Positions 25,455-38,700 of a stretch of DNA of 64,000 nt are shown one piece after another. The notes under the pieces are model-generated. The model ran no database searches. It was not told the DNA's origin and saw only the letters and a program-made list of their open reading frames with translations. The position numbers and the translations under genes were made by a program. The DNA is from Podarcis cretensis (lineage: Eukaryota): assembly GCA_951804945.1 (NCBI GenBank), contig OX638150.1:60884001-60948000 (forward strand), in the 5' to 3' direction. Position 1 is the first letter of the stretch; each line of letters opens with the position of its first letter.

Positions 25455-26720
25455 TTAACCAACTACATGATGGAAGCATTAAGACACTTAAAGGTTTTTA
25501 AATCTTGGGCAACTTGTGGTATTTGGCCAAATGCAAGAGGTATATAGGGATGGGTGACATTCTAATCTAAACTTGGCTAGCATTTACTAGATTATTATTC
25601 TGGATAGAAGGCTGACCACCCAGTTTGTTATTCAGAAGTCCCATTTGCTCAGATGGGCTTCCCTGGTACTCTCAGCCTTTGCTCATGACAATATCATCCA
25701 TGTACAGTATCATCCTACAAGTCACTGTGCTGGATGCAGCTCTCCAAACCTGGCTGTAACCCTGGAATCCACTACTGAATCCCACCACCACCCTGGAAAT
25801 CTGGTGACAACCATAGTTGATGAATTTAAAATACTCTTCCATGGTACCCAGATGCCCTTTAAAAAGCAGGTGCAGTATGGGTTTTCTGAATTGTTGGCAA
25901 TAGTCAAGGCGACACCATGTTATGCCTCCCCACCCCTTTCAATGTCAACTGTGGTCAGAATTAATTCTGAAATAGCAATACCTTCCCCACCACCACCAGC
26001 CCGCCTCTAGAACCTTACATTTTAGTGTGGTTACTAGTCTTTGGGTAGTTCACGTATGCTTTTACCCTAGAGAAAAACTCTGCTTGGCTCATCCGACCAC
26101 ATATACAAAATAGGTTTGAAAACTGCAGTTCTACATCTAGGATAAAATTCATACAATGTACACATCCAGTGTCCTAAATAACACATTTACAGTAGTCAAC
26201 TAGTGTATGTACATATGATGGGGGCAATATACCATATGAGCTAGAGCTCCCAGTCTTATTTATTCAGGTCTGGTTTCCTTTCGAGGGTTGTTTCAAAAAT
26301 TCCAGTCTCAGTAGTAGATTTGTCTAGAAGGTTTGGTAAGTAAATAGAACATATTATAGTGTATATGCTACTTCAGTAGTGAAGTATTCCAAAATACCCT
26401 TTCTCCTGGTTACATGCCATAGAGATACATTTCCTTGCTCTTGAGAAATTCAGTTCAAACTCAAGTCTTGGCTGTACATAAAACAGCAGATTGCACCAAG
26501 AAAAACAAGCAACACCTCATTTCTGGAACATGTTCACAGCAAAACTTTTCACGTTGCTGCACTGCCCATTGCTGAGCAGAGGTTGATGGTCTTAGCACAT
26601 ACTTGTCATGCTGGGAGTGCAATATTAGTGTGGCAGTTAAGAGTCAGATTTCAGTATCTTCCAAAACCCACCAAGCAAGATGGTCATTATTTCTTGTCTT
26701 TGCAGTCACCTGAACATGTG

Positions 26721-26749
26721 TCACAATGGTTTATGGATCACAGCTACAC
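26721..26749 (-). CDS. KLHL3: KLHL3 exon 15 coding part (GVAVIHKPL*)
   Basis: tttcttcccatgtag|GT GTA GCT GTG ATC CAT AAA CCA TTG TGA. Confidence 0.94.
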
Positions 26750-29700
26750 CTACATGGGAAGAAAGTACACATGCGTTAAATTTATATACCGCCCTTGATC
26801 CGCAGATCTCAGGGTGGTTCACAACATAAAATTACACAAAACCACAAAACACATAGTAAAAATAAGAAAAAGAAACCAATAATCCCCCCTCCCACAGCAC
26901 ATTTAAAAGGGCATTGTATGTCAATCAGCCCAAGGCTCGGTTGAAGAGAAACATTTTTACCTGCCACCTATAGGTATATAATGAAGGCATCAGGCGAGCC
27001 TCCCTGGGGAGAACATTCCACAAATGGGGAGCCACTGATGAAAAGGCCTGTTCTCTTGTTGCCACTCTCCAGACCTCTTGTGAAGGAGGCACACAAAGAA
27101 GGGCCTCAGAGGATGATCTTAGAGTCTGGGAGGTTCATAAGGAGAGAGGCAGTGCTTGAGGTATTTTGGTACTGTGCCATTTAAGGCTTTAAAGGTCAAA
27201 TTCAGCAAAGCTAGGCCTGAAAACCAATTGGCAGCCAGTGGAGTCAGGCCAGAATTGGTGTAATATGCTGAAACTGTCTTGCCCCTGTGAGCAACGTGGT
27301 CGCCAAATCCTGTGCTAGTTAAAGTTTCCAAACCATCTTCAGAGCCAGTCCTAAGTATAACATGCTGCAATAATCTAACCTAGAGGTTACCAGAGCATAC
27401 ACAGCAGTTAGGCTGTTCCTGCCCAGATACGGACAGGACCACCGTGCAGATGATTTTTGGAGTAACCTTTTACTTGCACTGGGACTTATAGAAAGCTCAA
27501 GATACACTTGGGGTACTGACTCTTTTCTGACCAGAGACTCTCTTGCCTGTAATGGCCACACAGCAGGTAGAATTTAAACAGATGCATCTTTGCCAGATGA
27601 ACATCAGAGATGGGGAAATACCATCTGTTGGATTTCTGCATGCCAAGCAGTATGACGTTAAAGGCCCAGGTTCCTTTTAGGAGTGAAATTTCTCTACCAG
27701 GAAAAAGTGTTGCTAACCCTGCCAAGAATCACAGCAGAGATTTGAGAAATGCAGATTCATCCAGCCCATCCTTCTGCTTCCACCTGGTTCAATGTACTGC
27801 TTACCTGCATAACTTCTTCCAGTGCTCATGTTTGTTGGTAATAATGTCCATTTATCAGTGACAGGATTATAGTATTCTACAGATGCCAAATTGCAAGAGC
27901 CATCATCTCCCCCAACCACATAGAGAAGACCGTTCACTGAACACACACCTATGGAGGAAAAAATGTGTTATTTTAAGTTTACATGGCTGTGGCATGGCGG
28001 AGGAAGGAACTCTAGCATTCAGGCTGGATTCACTCCAGATCCTTCAGGAAGCCCCAAACAAAGTATGAACCATCGACACTGAAATTGTGCACTCTAATTG
28101 TACTCAGAAATAATATATCATTAATTTTCATAAGCTGTTCTTGTGGCAAGGTGAGAGGTATTTTTATAATATTTAGGAATGAGCAAAAAAATAAAAGTCA
28201 CTCATTATTCCATTCATTTTTGTTAATAAGCATGTAATTTGTTCAATGTTATCACATTCACTTCATAACTCACATCAATGAGGGGGTTTAGTGGGGATAG
28301 GGGGTTACTTTGTTTCTTCCTGTCACCTGCATACAGGCAGTTGTCATTTCCTTTCCCCAGATCACTCCAGTATCAAAAGGGATTTGGGGAAAATAACATG
28401 AGGGATATTTGGAGATAGCAGCAAGAGGACATCTGGAAAAAAGCATCCCTGAATTTATTATGTATTTGGACATCTCTTTAGTTATCGTAACCAAATTTTG
28501 CATGGCTGTTTCTGAGATCAAGGAGGTTTCCATCTATGTTTGGATACAATTGTACACCATTTTGAAACAAGATGGCAGAATGAACCTTTTTAAAACAGCA
28601 CTCATTTTAACCACTGGTTTAAGAACTACACTGATTTTTCTTGTTTCACAGAACTCCTAAGCAATGCCAGTTACAAAGCAGCTAGCGACTGGCATATAGA
28701 TAACAAAGACCTTTTCCCGTTGGAATTTGTTTTGTAACAAATGAAAAATGAACCAAATTGGCTCCATTTGCAACCCTGTTTAAAGCACTGGGCACAATTC
28801 AAGGACTGGGCAGCAGGAACAGCAAGAAAAGGGGATTGGGAGCTGTGCAGGGTATAAAAGGCTCAGCCTTCTGACCACTGGAGGTTGTATGAAGTAAATG
28901 AAATACCCTTTTATTTATCTATGCTTTCTGATGAAAAAATCTGTTCCATACTTGAATGTTCTCTGTGAAGTCACGAGAGCAAGAAAAATGTTCTTGTAAA
29001 GAAAACAGAGGTTCTGGAATTCATAAACGCCCTCTGCTAAATTCCATATTCCTTGTTACTCACTACAGACACGGATGCATAAAACACACACACCTTCAAG
29101 ACTTCCTGTCTTATAAAGTATGGAGATTTAATTTTAAATACCTAGAACAGCAAGATACAGCTTATAAAACTGATGTTTTTGTTTCAGTATTACTGTAAGC
29201 TTCTTTGAAAGGTTGCTTATACCTGAAGGGCAATATATATAAGTGTGCTGTGGTTGCTTGGAGGAAATTACAAAATAAATACCTGCATTTCTTCTACACA
29301 TATTCATATCTGCCACTTGTTTCCATGTATTTGTTCCAGGATCATATACTTCCACACTTTTCCTTACCAAAGGGCCATCATGTCCCCCAGTAGCATACAG
29401 CTGTCCACTAAGTACACCAACACCTGCAAAACAAGAGGACAGCAACTCTGAGAGCTTCAGAGCATAAGTTACTCCTAAGCAGCTGTTTCATTCAACAACC
29501 CCATCATAAAAGTGAGCTAAATATTCATTGCAGGAGTTTTCCTCACATGTCCAAACACTGGGATCCCTCGCAGAAAGACGATTCATACCCTTATAAAGGC
29601 CCTTGCAGAGAATGCCTAAGACCCAGGGCAGAAGTCTTGTTAGAATAAAGTTATAAACACAAACAGAAAAGTGGCCGGTCCCTGGTGGGCCCCCACAGCC

Positions 29701-32700
29701 AGCTTAGCCCTCCGAGGCCTGGAGCAAGTGTACCTGGCTTGCCCCCAATCCTGCACAGGCCTGCCCTTATACTACTACAATTACAGGCCTAGCATTTGAG
29801 AACAGTAAGACAATGCCATATCATTAGTCTTATCACACTTTGCCAGGAAAGGGGCAACATACTTGGTACAATTTTCAAGAGCTCTTGTAACAAACTTAGG
29901 TACTGTTCAGAGATTTAGCTGTGACAACTACACGAGGAGGAAAAACATCACAGTAAGATACCTGCACCACTGCGGCGAGTACTCATATCCGACACATATG
30001 CCCACTCATTTGTAGCTGGATTATACTGTTCTACAGTACTAAGGCACTGACGTGATGCTCCATCGTAACCACCAACAGCATAGAGTTTACCTAGAAAAAA
30101 TGAATATGCAGCACTGAACATCAACAGGAGCAGTTGGCAATATTAGCACTTCAGAACATTTCATTACTGATCATTTGTACCATGTCAATTACACAATCCT
30201 TTTGTGATAGCCGCCTACTAGCTTGATAAATACCTGTACGTATAACATGTTTCAGTTGACCTTCATCATGTATAGCAAATGCTCAGATCAACAAACACTT
30301 GCTAAGTGAAATGTTCTCAAGGACAGTTCGCTGCAGAAGGTTGTTCCATTATTTGCCATGTTACAAAACGGGTGAAAATGTACTTCTCCCTGATCCAGTG
30401 CAAATCTCTTTAAAACCCTGCTCTTTCTACCAAAGTTTCATTTGGGGAGAAGATCTTTTCGGCCATCCATATTTAAAAATCCAGCAAAAAACCTCTGGAA
30501 ATAGGGAAAACGTCATACCAAGCTTCCACAGTGAAATATAGAGAACCATTTAGCAGGGAAAATACTTAGGTAAGGATATTTGGGATGACTTCTCTGAGGG
30601 CACAGAAAAAAGGAGGTTTAAAATCATTGTCAGAACTTACAGAGTATGAAAAAATTCCCAAATCCCTGACACACCTTGCACATCTCCCCGCTTCAGAAGA
30701 TGTGAAACATCTACTTCCCACAAGATGGAGACACAGAGCAACGGAAAAAGCCATTGATAGTCCTTCCAGTTCTCTTCACACTGAGTGTAACTAAGTAGCT
30801 CTCACTCAGTTCATTAAATTTTGTATTGTGAATAATAATAATTTTATTATTTATACCCCACCCACCTGGGTTTCCACAGCCACTCTGGTTGGTGGATCAT
30901 ATTGAGTGGCACATGGAAAACCAGTGTAAGGCAGGAGGGGAGAATCTGGGGTCCAGGGACTCAAGGACCCTAAATGGCCCTCAGGACTCTTCCTAGGTCA
31001 CAGCTGCTGCTAGCCCTACTCTGCACCCACTTAAAATGCATTTGTCAAGTTGGAATTTTTCTTTAAACTGTGACAATGCCTCTTGCTTGCCTGGATGGAG
31101 AGATATGGGGGTGTAATAAGAAAAATCTGGAAAGGTAAGGGTGACATCTATTGCCCAACCTACCAGTAGCATACAGCCGCCCCCCCATAAGATATTCCAT
31201 AGAATGTGGTGCTTGGCATTGGGCTGAAAAATATTCATGACTCCTGGTTTAGGACCTAGGCAGAACTGTGAGATTGACATTGCTGAAACTTACAGAATTC
31301 AGTGATTTTGTGGGTGAGGCATACTCAGCATCAGTGCAGACTAGACAGACGAGGTTTTGTCCCTCCTCCCAGTGCCTTGATACCTGCCAGGCCAGATGGC
31401 AAAACACTAAGATAACTTCCCAATGCAGTAGAGAGGGGGGGACACCCCACAACTTAACAACTAAGCTTGTCTCAATCACTACTGTACTCAGCCTGTTCCC
31501 ATTCAAGATGGGAAAGTGATTTTTGGAACACGAAGTGTAGTCCGAGAATGTTAACTGCCTTAATTTTTGGTCTTTAAAAAAGTTCTTGCTGCTAGGCTAT
31601 CACACTTAACTGTGCTGCTGCGGCCAATACAGCAGTTTGCTGTCTTTACCTTCCACGACCCCAACTCCAACGCTGCTTCTTCTTGTGTTCATAGGTGCCA
31701 CAAAAAACCACTCATTGGTCTTATAGTTATATGCTTCCACAGATGCAAGACCTATTTTTGAAAATAATATTAAGGCAAGTTTTCTACATCCTTAATTTAG
31801 CAGAGTATAATCCCTCCTTTGTCACAGTTACCATCCTGACTTATTTTTTCCAGGCAATACTCTTGTCTTAATCTTTCCAAGACAAAAAGGGGAAAGGATG
31901 CAGGTTGAGACTACTACAGGATCAGGAACTGGACACTAAACCCAATACTAATAAATTGCACTGAGAATCTGTATCTCAAAATACCACCCCAGTTCTCATC
32001 ACTTGTGATTACTCAACAACCATGCACTGAAAAAATGACTGGGAAGTGCAACCCACCCAAGAATTTCTTCCATCCACTGCAGAAAACTACGCCAGACATA
32101 ATAAAACAGGTTGTAACAGAGGTTTTTGCTTTGTTGTTTTATAAAGAAGAAGATTTGAAATGGCGCATGAGGAGCACTGAATTCAAAGGAAGTTCTACAG
32201 TTCTTGTAAAGTGTTTAAGAGCGAAGATATGAACAGCATTCACTCAGTTTTGTTTGTTTAGCAACCTACCTGTGCTTCCATCAAATCCACCAACAGCATA
32301 GAGGAGTTCATTTAGCACAGCTGCCCCTAAAGTGCTTCGTCTTTCTTGCATGCTGGCTATTGATGTCCACAAGTCTTTCACTCCATCATATACATCTACT
32401 GTTCGGACTCGTAAAGAGCCATTAAAACCTCCCACAGCATAGACTTTGCCTGCCATGAATACCACCCCTGTTAAAAACAAATTGGGAGACAGAAAAATGG
32501 AAGGCAGGTCATGCCTATAGGACAATTATTTTCTTTCTCTTTTTCCTACCAGAACTTCAGGAAGGTCACCAAGCAATATTCCAGTATGGTGACAACTACA
32601 TATGGAACCTGTAAAGTTTGAATGCTGCTTGTTTCATGAATCAAGTCTATGAGAGGGTAAGCCTGGCACTGGCATGGAATCGCTCTATTCAATAGGTCTT

Positions 32701-35700
32701 ATCCATGGGAAAAGCAAGCTTTCAAATGTTATGGCCTCATATGGCACCATTACCACAGTGAAGCATTTCACACATTACATAAAAAATGCTGGGTTTGCCA
32801 ACAAATGTATGCTCAAACAAGGGGAATAGAGCACAATATCTGAAATCACGTTTGTTGCACTCATGCTATGTATGTTCAGCTTACACAAAAGTATTGATAT
32901 GAAATGGCTCTTGCTGGCTGTTGAAGTACATGAGACTGTTATTACTGGGTGGAATTCAACAGAGCGCTGAGGAGATTGTTCTATCAAAACAAGCCTAACT
33001 GCCTGCCAGACACAACTAACATAGCAAAAGCTGCCGAGAGATCAAGCAGAATCAATGGGGTTGCACTCCCCCTGTCTCTCTCCCGACAAAGGCCATCATA
33101 CAGGGTGACAGAGGTATGTTCCATGCCAAAACCAGGCCTAAACACCAACTGAAATGGATCTTGAAAATCAGTCTCGTCCAAGAGAGCCTGGATCTGTTAA
33201 CAGAGAAGGGCTAACTCTAATGTTTTACTGTATAGCCTGAAATTCAACTGATTATATAAAATCTGTCCTAAATAATTTTTGTGATTATGACTGAGGCTAT
33301 TTTTTTTAATAGGGAAAATATTTACCTGCTCTACATCTCCGAGAAGGAAGTTCAGCGACTTGATCCCATCGCTCCTCCTCAAAATCATAACACTCTACAC
33401 TCCGAATGGCTTTAGGTGCTTGCCCACCAACCACCATCATTACCTTGGTAGGAAGGGAGAAAAGTTATCATGAGAGCATTTTCAACAGCAAACAGAAATG
33501 CTTGATCTTATTTGGGGCCTTAAATGGCAATAGGACACCATCAGCTATGTGAGAACTCACCCAAGAAAAAAAAGCAAAGTTTACTTCAGATGCATGAGAA
33601 GTTGGCATTTGAATGATATTGAACTTGGAAGTACAGTCAATACATTATTGGATAAAATACTGATTGAAGCCTTTGGGCAAAGCCTATGTACTCTAGCTTT
33701 CACAGATTATCTAGCTTCCTTTGCAAAAGGTAATTAGTTCAGATCCCAGAAGAGCTACATTTTAATAAAAGCATGTGATAACAGCCTAGCAATGATATGA
33801 AAATTCTAAGAACAATGGAAACGCTGATGGTGCTTAGTATCCAGAGAGACTAGTTTTAACAAAGGGAGATTATAATTCCCATGATAATGGGGGGCAGGGG
33901 GAATTACTTGAACAAGCATTTAATGGCTCTGTGTTTGCTTAGATTATACATACATACACAGTGCTTTTTTTTCTTTAAAAATGTTTAGGGGTACTCTCAT
34001 TTTCCTACTCATATTGAAATACTGCCCCTCAATGAGGCCAAACTCAGATCCATAAAATGTTTAGGCGTATGCATAACCCTGCGTCCCCACAGGCAAAAAA
34101 GCACTGTATACACACCCACACCCACCGACCCACCCAAACACACACTGTGTATGTGTGCATAAACCTAGCTGCATTCAAAATGGCAAAGTTTTCAAAACAC
34201 ATGCACATACTAAAACCATAGTGCTCCTTTACTGGCTGTTTGCTTTGGGTACCACTTTAACCCAACATCCCAACACCATCTGGGATATAACAACACATAA
34301 CAACAGAGCAACCTTTCCCTTTTTGCTTCCTTTGCACCATGAAAATCACACAATGCCTCTGACTAGCATTTCTCCATGCAGCAGTATGGCAGAGCCAAGT
34401 TTATGGAACAGTGGCTGATTGCAATGGGTTTTGAAGCAGCTTTAATAGAAAAACTAGAATAGCAGTAGCAGTAGTTGTCAAAACATGAAACCGCAACGTT
34501 GCTCTGTTTGGTAAGAAATTATTCTAGCAATGGTGTAAGAGGACTGTTGGTTTGCTAATAAAGTTCTTCCATGGGTTGATTCACATATGCCCCAGTCAAA
34601 AAACAAAAACAAAACTTGTACCACCATTACCACCTATAGGAACTTCAGCAAAGTTGAACCATTTACCCATGTCAAAGTGGGAAGTCTCTTTCCAACACGC
34701 TGACAATTTAATGGACATTCATGTGTGCAAAAGGGCAATCAACACTGTGTGCAGATATGTCTGCATACACCCAATCCTCCTTCAAGGGGGAATGATCATG
34801 CAATTCTAACCACTGTGCATATGGTCATCCATGTAAAGGGGGCATGTGACCATCATCTTGGGTATTTCAGCAAGAAAAAAATAGCTTACCTTTGGCAGAC
34901 TGACTGGGGTCCTTGGTTTTGTTCTAGGATTCTTTATCAACTGCCGTTGATCCAGAGGAAGCAAGTGGTATTTCATGGCCTCAATAAGGAAATCTTTACA
35001 TGTGTTATTGTTCTTGATTAAAGCTTCTTCTTCAACTGTCTGAAGACACCAACAAAGATATTAGTACAATGGCTATTATCAGACTTCTTAAAAAGTGTCA
35101 CTAGCAGGCCGCTGTAATGCTCATTCATGATTTCAGTATAGCAGTAGAAATAAAACCCCAAACTGCTTCTTCCACATCATTATCCCATTCCCCTATTTCA
35201 CTCACTACAATATTATCTACTTCAACTGTGCAGTAATGCTTGTGTTCTGTTAAACTATGCAAGCTTAGTATAAATGTTTTGATTAGTGCATAACTACAGA
35301 AATCCCATCTTAAAATATTTACAACACTACTTAATACAAGCTCCAGAAGACAAGGAACTATGAGATCTTATAACTTGGGAGACAAAAGCTTTGAGATATA
35401 ACACACACACACACCCCACAGTGGCAGCAATCCAAAACCTCACATGTTTGGGGCTCAAGTCACAATCCACAAAAGACAGAGCTCCACAAATGCATAGGGC
35501 TCCTTCTCCTTTAGAAGTCAACAATGCAAAAGGCTGTGTTTTGAATGTTCAGCTGCATAATTGAACTGTGACTAAGATTAATTTGCACTAGCAGTTCCAG
35601 ACATGGTATTTTAAGGAATCAAAACATTCACACAACTTCAGAAACCAACAGTAATGAAACGACAAGGAGATATGCATGCTTGTGTGTCAGCAGCTCCAAT

Positions 35701-38700
35701 CCCCAGGTTCTTTTTAAAAATTTGGAATCTTTTTTTAAAAGAAAAAAAAACCACACAGTTCTGTGAAAAGAAAAGCTTGGAAGTAACTATAGTGCGCATG
35801 TAGATACTAAACAAAGAGAATGGCCACCTTCGCATAAACTGGCAGTACTTTTCTCCAGTGCTTCCCCACTTAATCTATCAGTGAAGAAAGCTCAACAATG
35901 TATCTGCTAAAGACAAATACCCCAAATTTCTGTATTATCAGGACACAAAAGTGACAGCTTTACACTGCACCAGTTTTTATGGACAAGGTTAGCTCTCATT
36001 CTCTGCCCAGCAGAACCTTCAAGTGAAAAGGAGATTCAGAACATGTTTATCTGCTAGGATGGCACACGCATAATTATGAAGGCTATCCAAGGGTCTTTTG
36101 ATTGATGGCAAGCCACAAACAAGCAGCCCAAGTGTATATTATTAAACTTTTAGTGCTGTAGATACTAGAAGAACACTAACCTGTACAAGGTAATCTCTGG
36201 GCAAGAGAGGGAGGCGGACATGTTCCATCAACTTAGCCATGTGTTCCAAGCGAGACTCTTTCTCATAATTTATCCAAGAAATGACAGCTTCAAACACCTG
36301 GCAAGAGCAATAAAACACTTATCTTTTAAAAAGGACATAAACCGTTAAATCCAACCTCAAGCAGAGGTTCAGCAAGTAATGAAATAGGCTTGGAAAAACC
36401 AACTAAAGGTATTTTCAAAAGCAAGAAGATATGATAAAAAGATGGATTTAAAAAGAATCAAAATTGGCTTATTTTATTGTGATTGTATGATTTTATGCAT
36501 TCTGAAGGGTCCAACAAACTCTGTATTAAATGTCTACTGTACAATCCCGACCACAAAGACTATCTAATGCCATGATTATAAGTACTGCACAACTTAAATG
36601 CTGGTTTTTGTTGAGCTCAGTCCAATGCCCGACAACTTGAAATATGTGTTTCAATGGGAGCCTTTTAATGACATGAACCTCCCAGCTGAAAACATTTATG
36701 ACACTCATTGGCATGAGAAGGAACACTCTCATGAGAAGGATGTTCTGATGACTTACTATGTAATGGAACGCATAGGCCAGCTGGGACTTTTGGACTTAAG
36801 TGGTGATGGCATTTGTGCACATAAATGCATTGGCACTTTTTAAAAACCGTATCGTCTGGCCAATGTAAATTAGGGATGGGGCATTAAATTTAAAGTGGCG
36901 CTAATTGCATTCTATTCAGCCTGCTGTATTATCTACAGAAGGTTAATTAATTGCTCATCTAACTCTGTTTTAGAATTGGGACCTTTGACCTGTGTGTCTT
37001 CTCACCCCTTCAACTTAATTAGTGGCTGCTGAAGAACTGTCCTTCCTTTCCCCACTGCACAAGATACTTAGCTACATTTAGGTGCTCTGTGACTTCATCT
37101 GCATGAAATCTTTCCTTAGGGTACAACAGTCCTAACCTTGCTGGGTTACCAGATATCACATTCCTTTAATTTACACATTTTACCCTTTCCAGAATTCCAC
37201 CTTTGCTCTTGACCACAAGAAGCAGAGCCTTTTAATCACAAATATGTACAAATTAAAGCTAATATATCATGGGGCAAATTTAATTTGGAACAAGTTATTA
37301 AAAGAACAGATTTTATTTTATTTTTAAGAAGTACCATACTCACTTCATTTTAAACTATTGCTCAGTTTGCTGTTTTTCACTTGCACCAGAGTTATACTAA
37401 AGGCAGGTGATTCAGTCCTGCTGAACTGTAACCTGCCTGGAAACCATAAGCGAGCTCTTTGAAAAGAGATCAGTGTGCAAGTGAAATAATAAAATAAACA
37501 TTTAAAACTATTTCTGAAATCATTAAAAATAGTCTGGAAGGAAAGAGACTTTTATTTTTATTTTACTTCTGACACTGAAGCTTTTATCTGTCTGTATAGT
37601 AGCAAGCTAATACAACACAGTTCACTGTAAGACATCTTGTGTGTCTATACAAGACTTGTTCCCTGCACAGTAACCAATATAAATGACTGTGGTTTATTGG
37701 AAATAAAACAAAACACAGTCTGTGGCTGGGATGTAAAACTAAGCCACTAAACATTCTTATGTGGGATAGGACTAAGCCATTTAGCATGTGGGAAGGGGCC
37801 AATGTATACAGCAGCCCTCATTGCTTACCTCCAAATAAGAGTGATCAATACAGTGGTACCTCTGGTTACGAATTTAATGCATTCTGGAGGTCCGTTCTTA
37901 ACCTGAAACCGTTAGCCTGAGGTACCACTTTAGCTAATGGGGCCTTCTGCTGCTGCCGCTGTGCGATTTCTGTTCTCATCCTGAGGTAAAGTCCTTAACC
38001 CGAGGTACTACTTCCGGGTTAGCGGAATCTGTAACCTGAACTGTTTGTAACCTGAGGTGTTTGTAGCCCGAGGTACCACTGTATCAGAAAGTTTAAGTAA
38101 TCACATAAAGTTTATTTAACTATGCTTAAAATGCCTTTTCCATAGACCCCTGAGTGACAGGTGGTTCAGGATGCTTGTTTGACTGTCTTGATCCAAGACA
38201 GCAGTTTCTAAACCAGGAACCCTCCAGATACTGCTGGATTCCCATCAGCCCCAGCCAGCACAGCCAATGGTCAACGGGAGACATAGTCCAACAACATCTG
38301 GAGGCCACAGGTTCTCCACTGTTGCTCTAGATACACACAGTTCCCGCAATGAAGCGCCACCTTAAATGTTATTAAAATGTGTCTATTACTGGAAATATTG
38401 GGGAATATCTGCTTCTAGTGCCCATATATTTTGTCATTCTTTTGCTGAAAACACTGCAATATTGTTATATTTCTGCATTACAGACTGTGCAGCAGGCCAA
38501 ACCTTTTCTTCTGATGAAACGGTTAGCTTGTCACTTGATATCAAACTGCAAACTTGGTCTAGGCTAAGGCTAAGGAATTCTTCACCAAGCATCACCTCAG
38601 GAAAATGCTGCTCTGTTCAAAACAACCAAAAGTTGAGAAAATGAAGGTTACAATGAGTCTAAAGAAGGGACTAGTAGAAGCAGTAAATTATATTGCAATT

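Larger units (their letters stand above)
20670..26720 (-). other. KLHL3: Putative long KLHL3 3' UTR
   Basis: Follows the stop codon; candidate poly(A) signals at 26259-26264, 22969-22974 (ATTAAA), 21048-21053 and 20690-20695. The true end is inferred, not observed. Confidence 0.5.

Noticed and set aside
29620-29765. Possible orthologue of mammalian intronic miR-874 (CGGTCCCT and CAGGGCAG words)
   Set aside because: The words are in the wrong order, no matching hairpin is visible, and miR-874 is to my knowledge mammal-restricted
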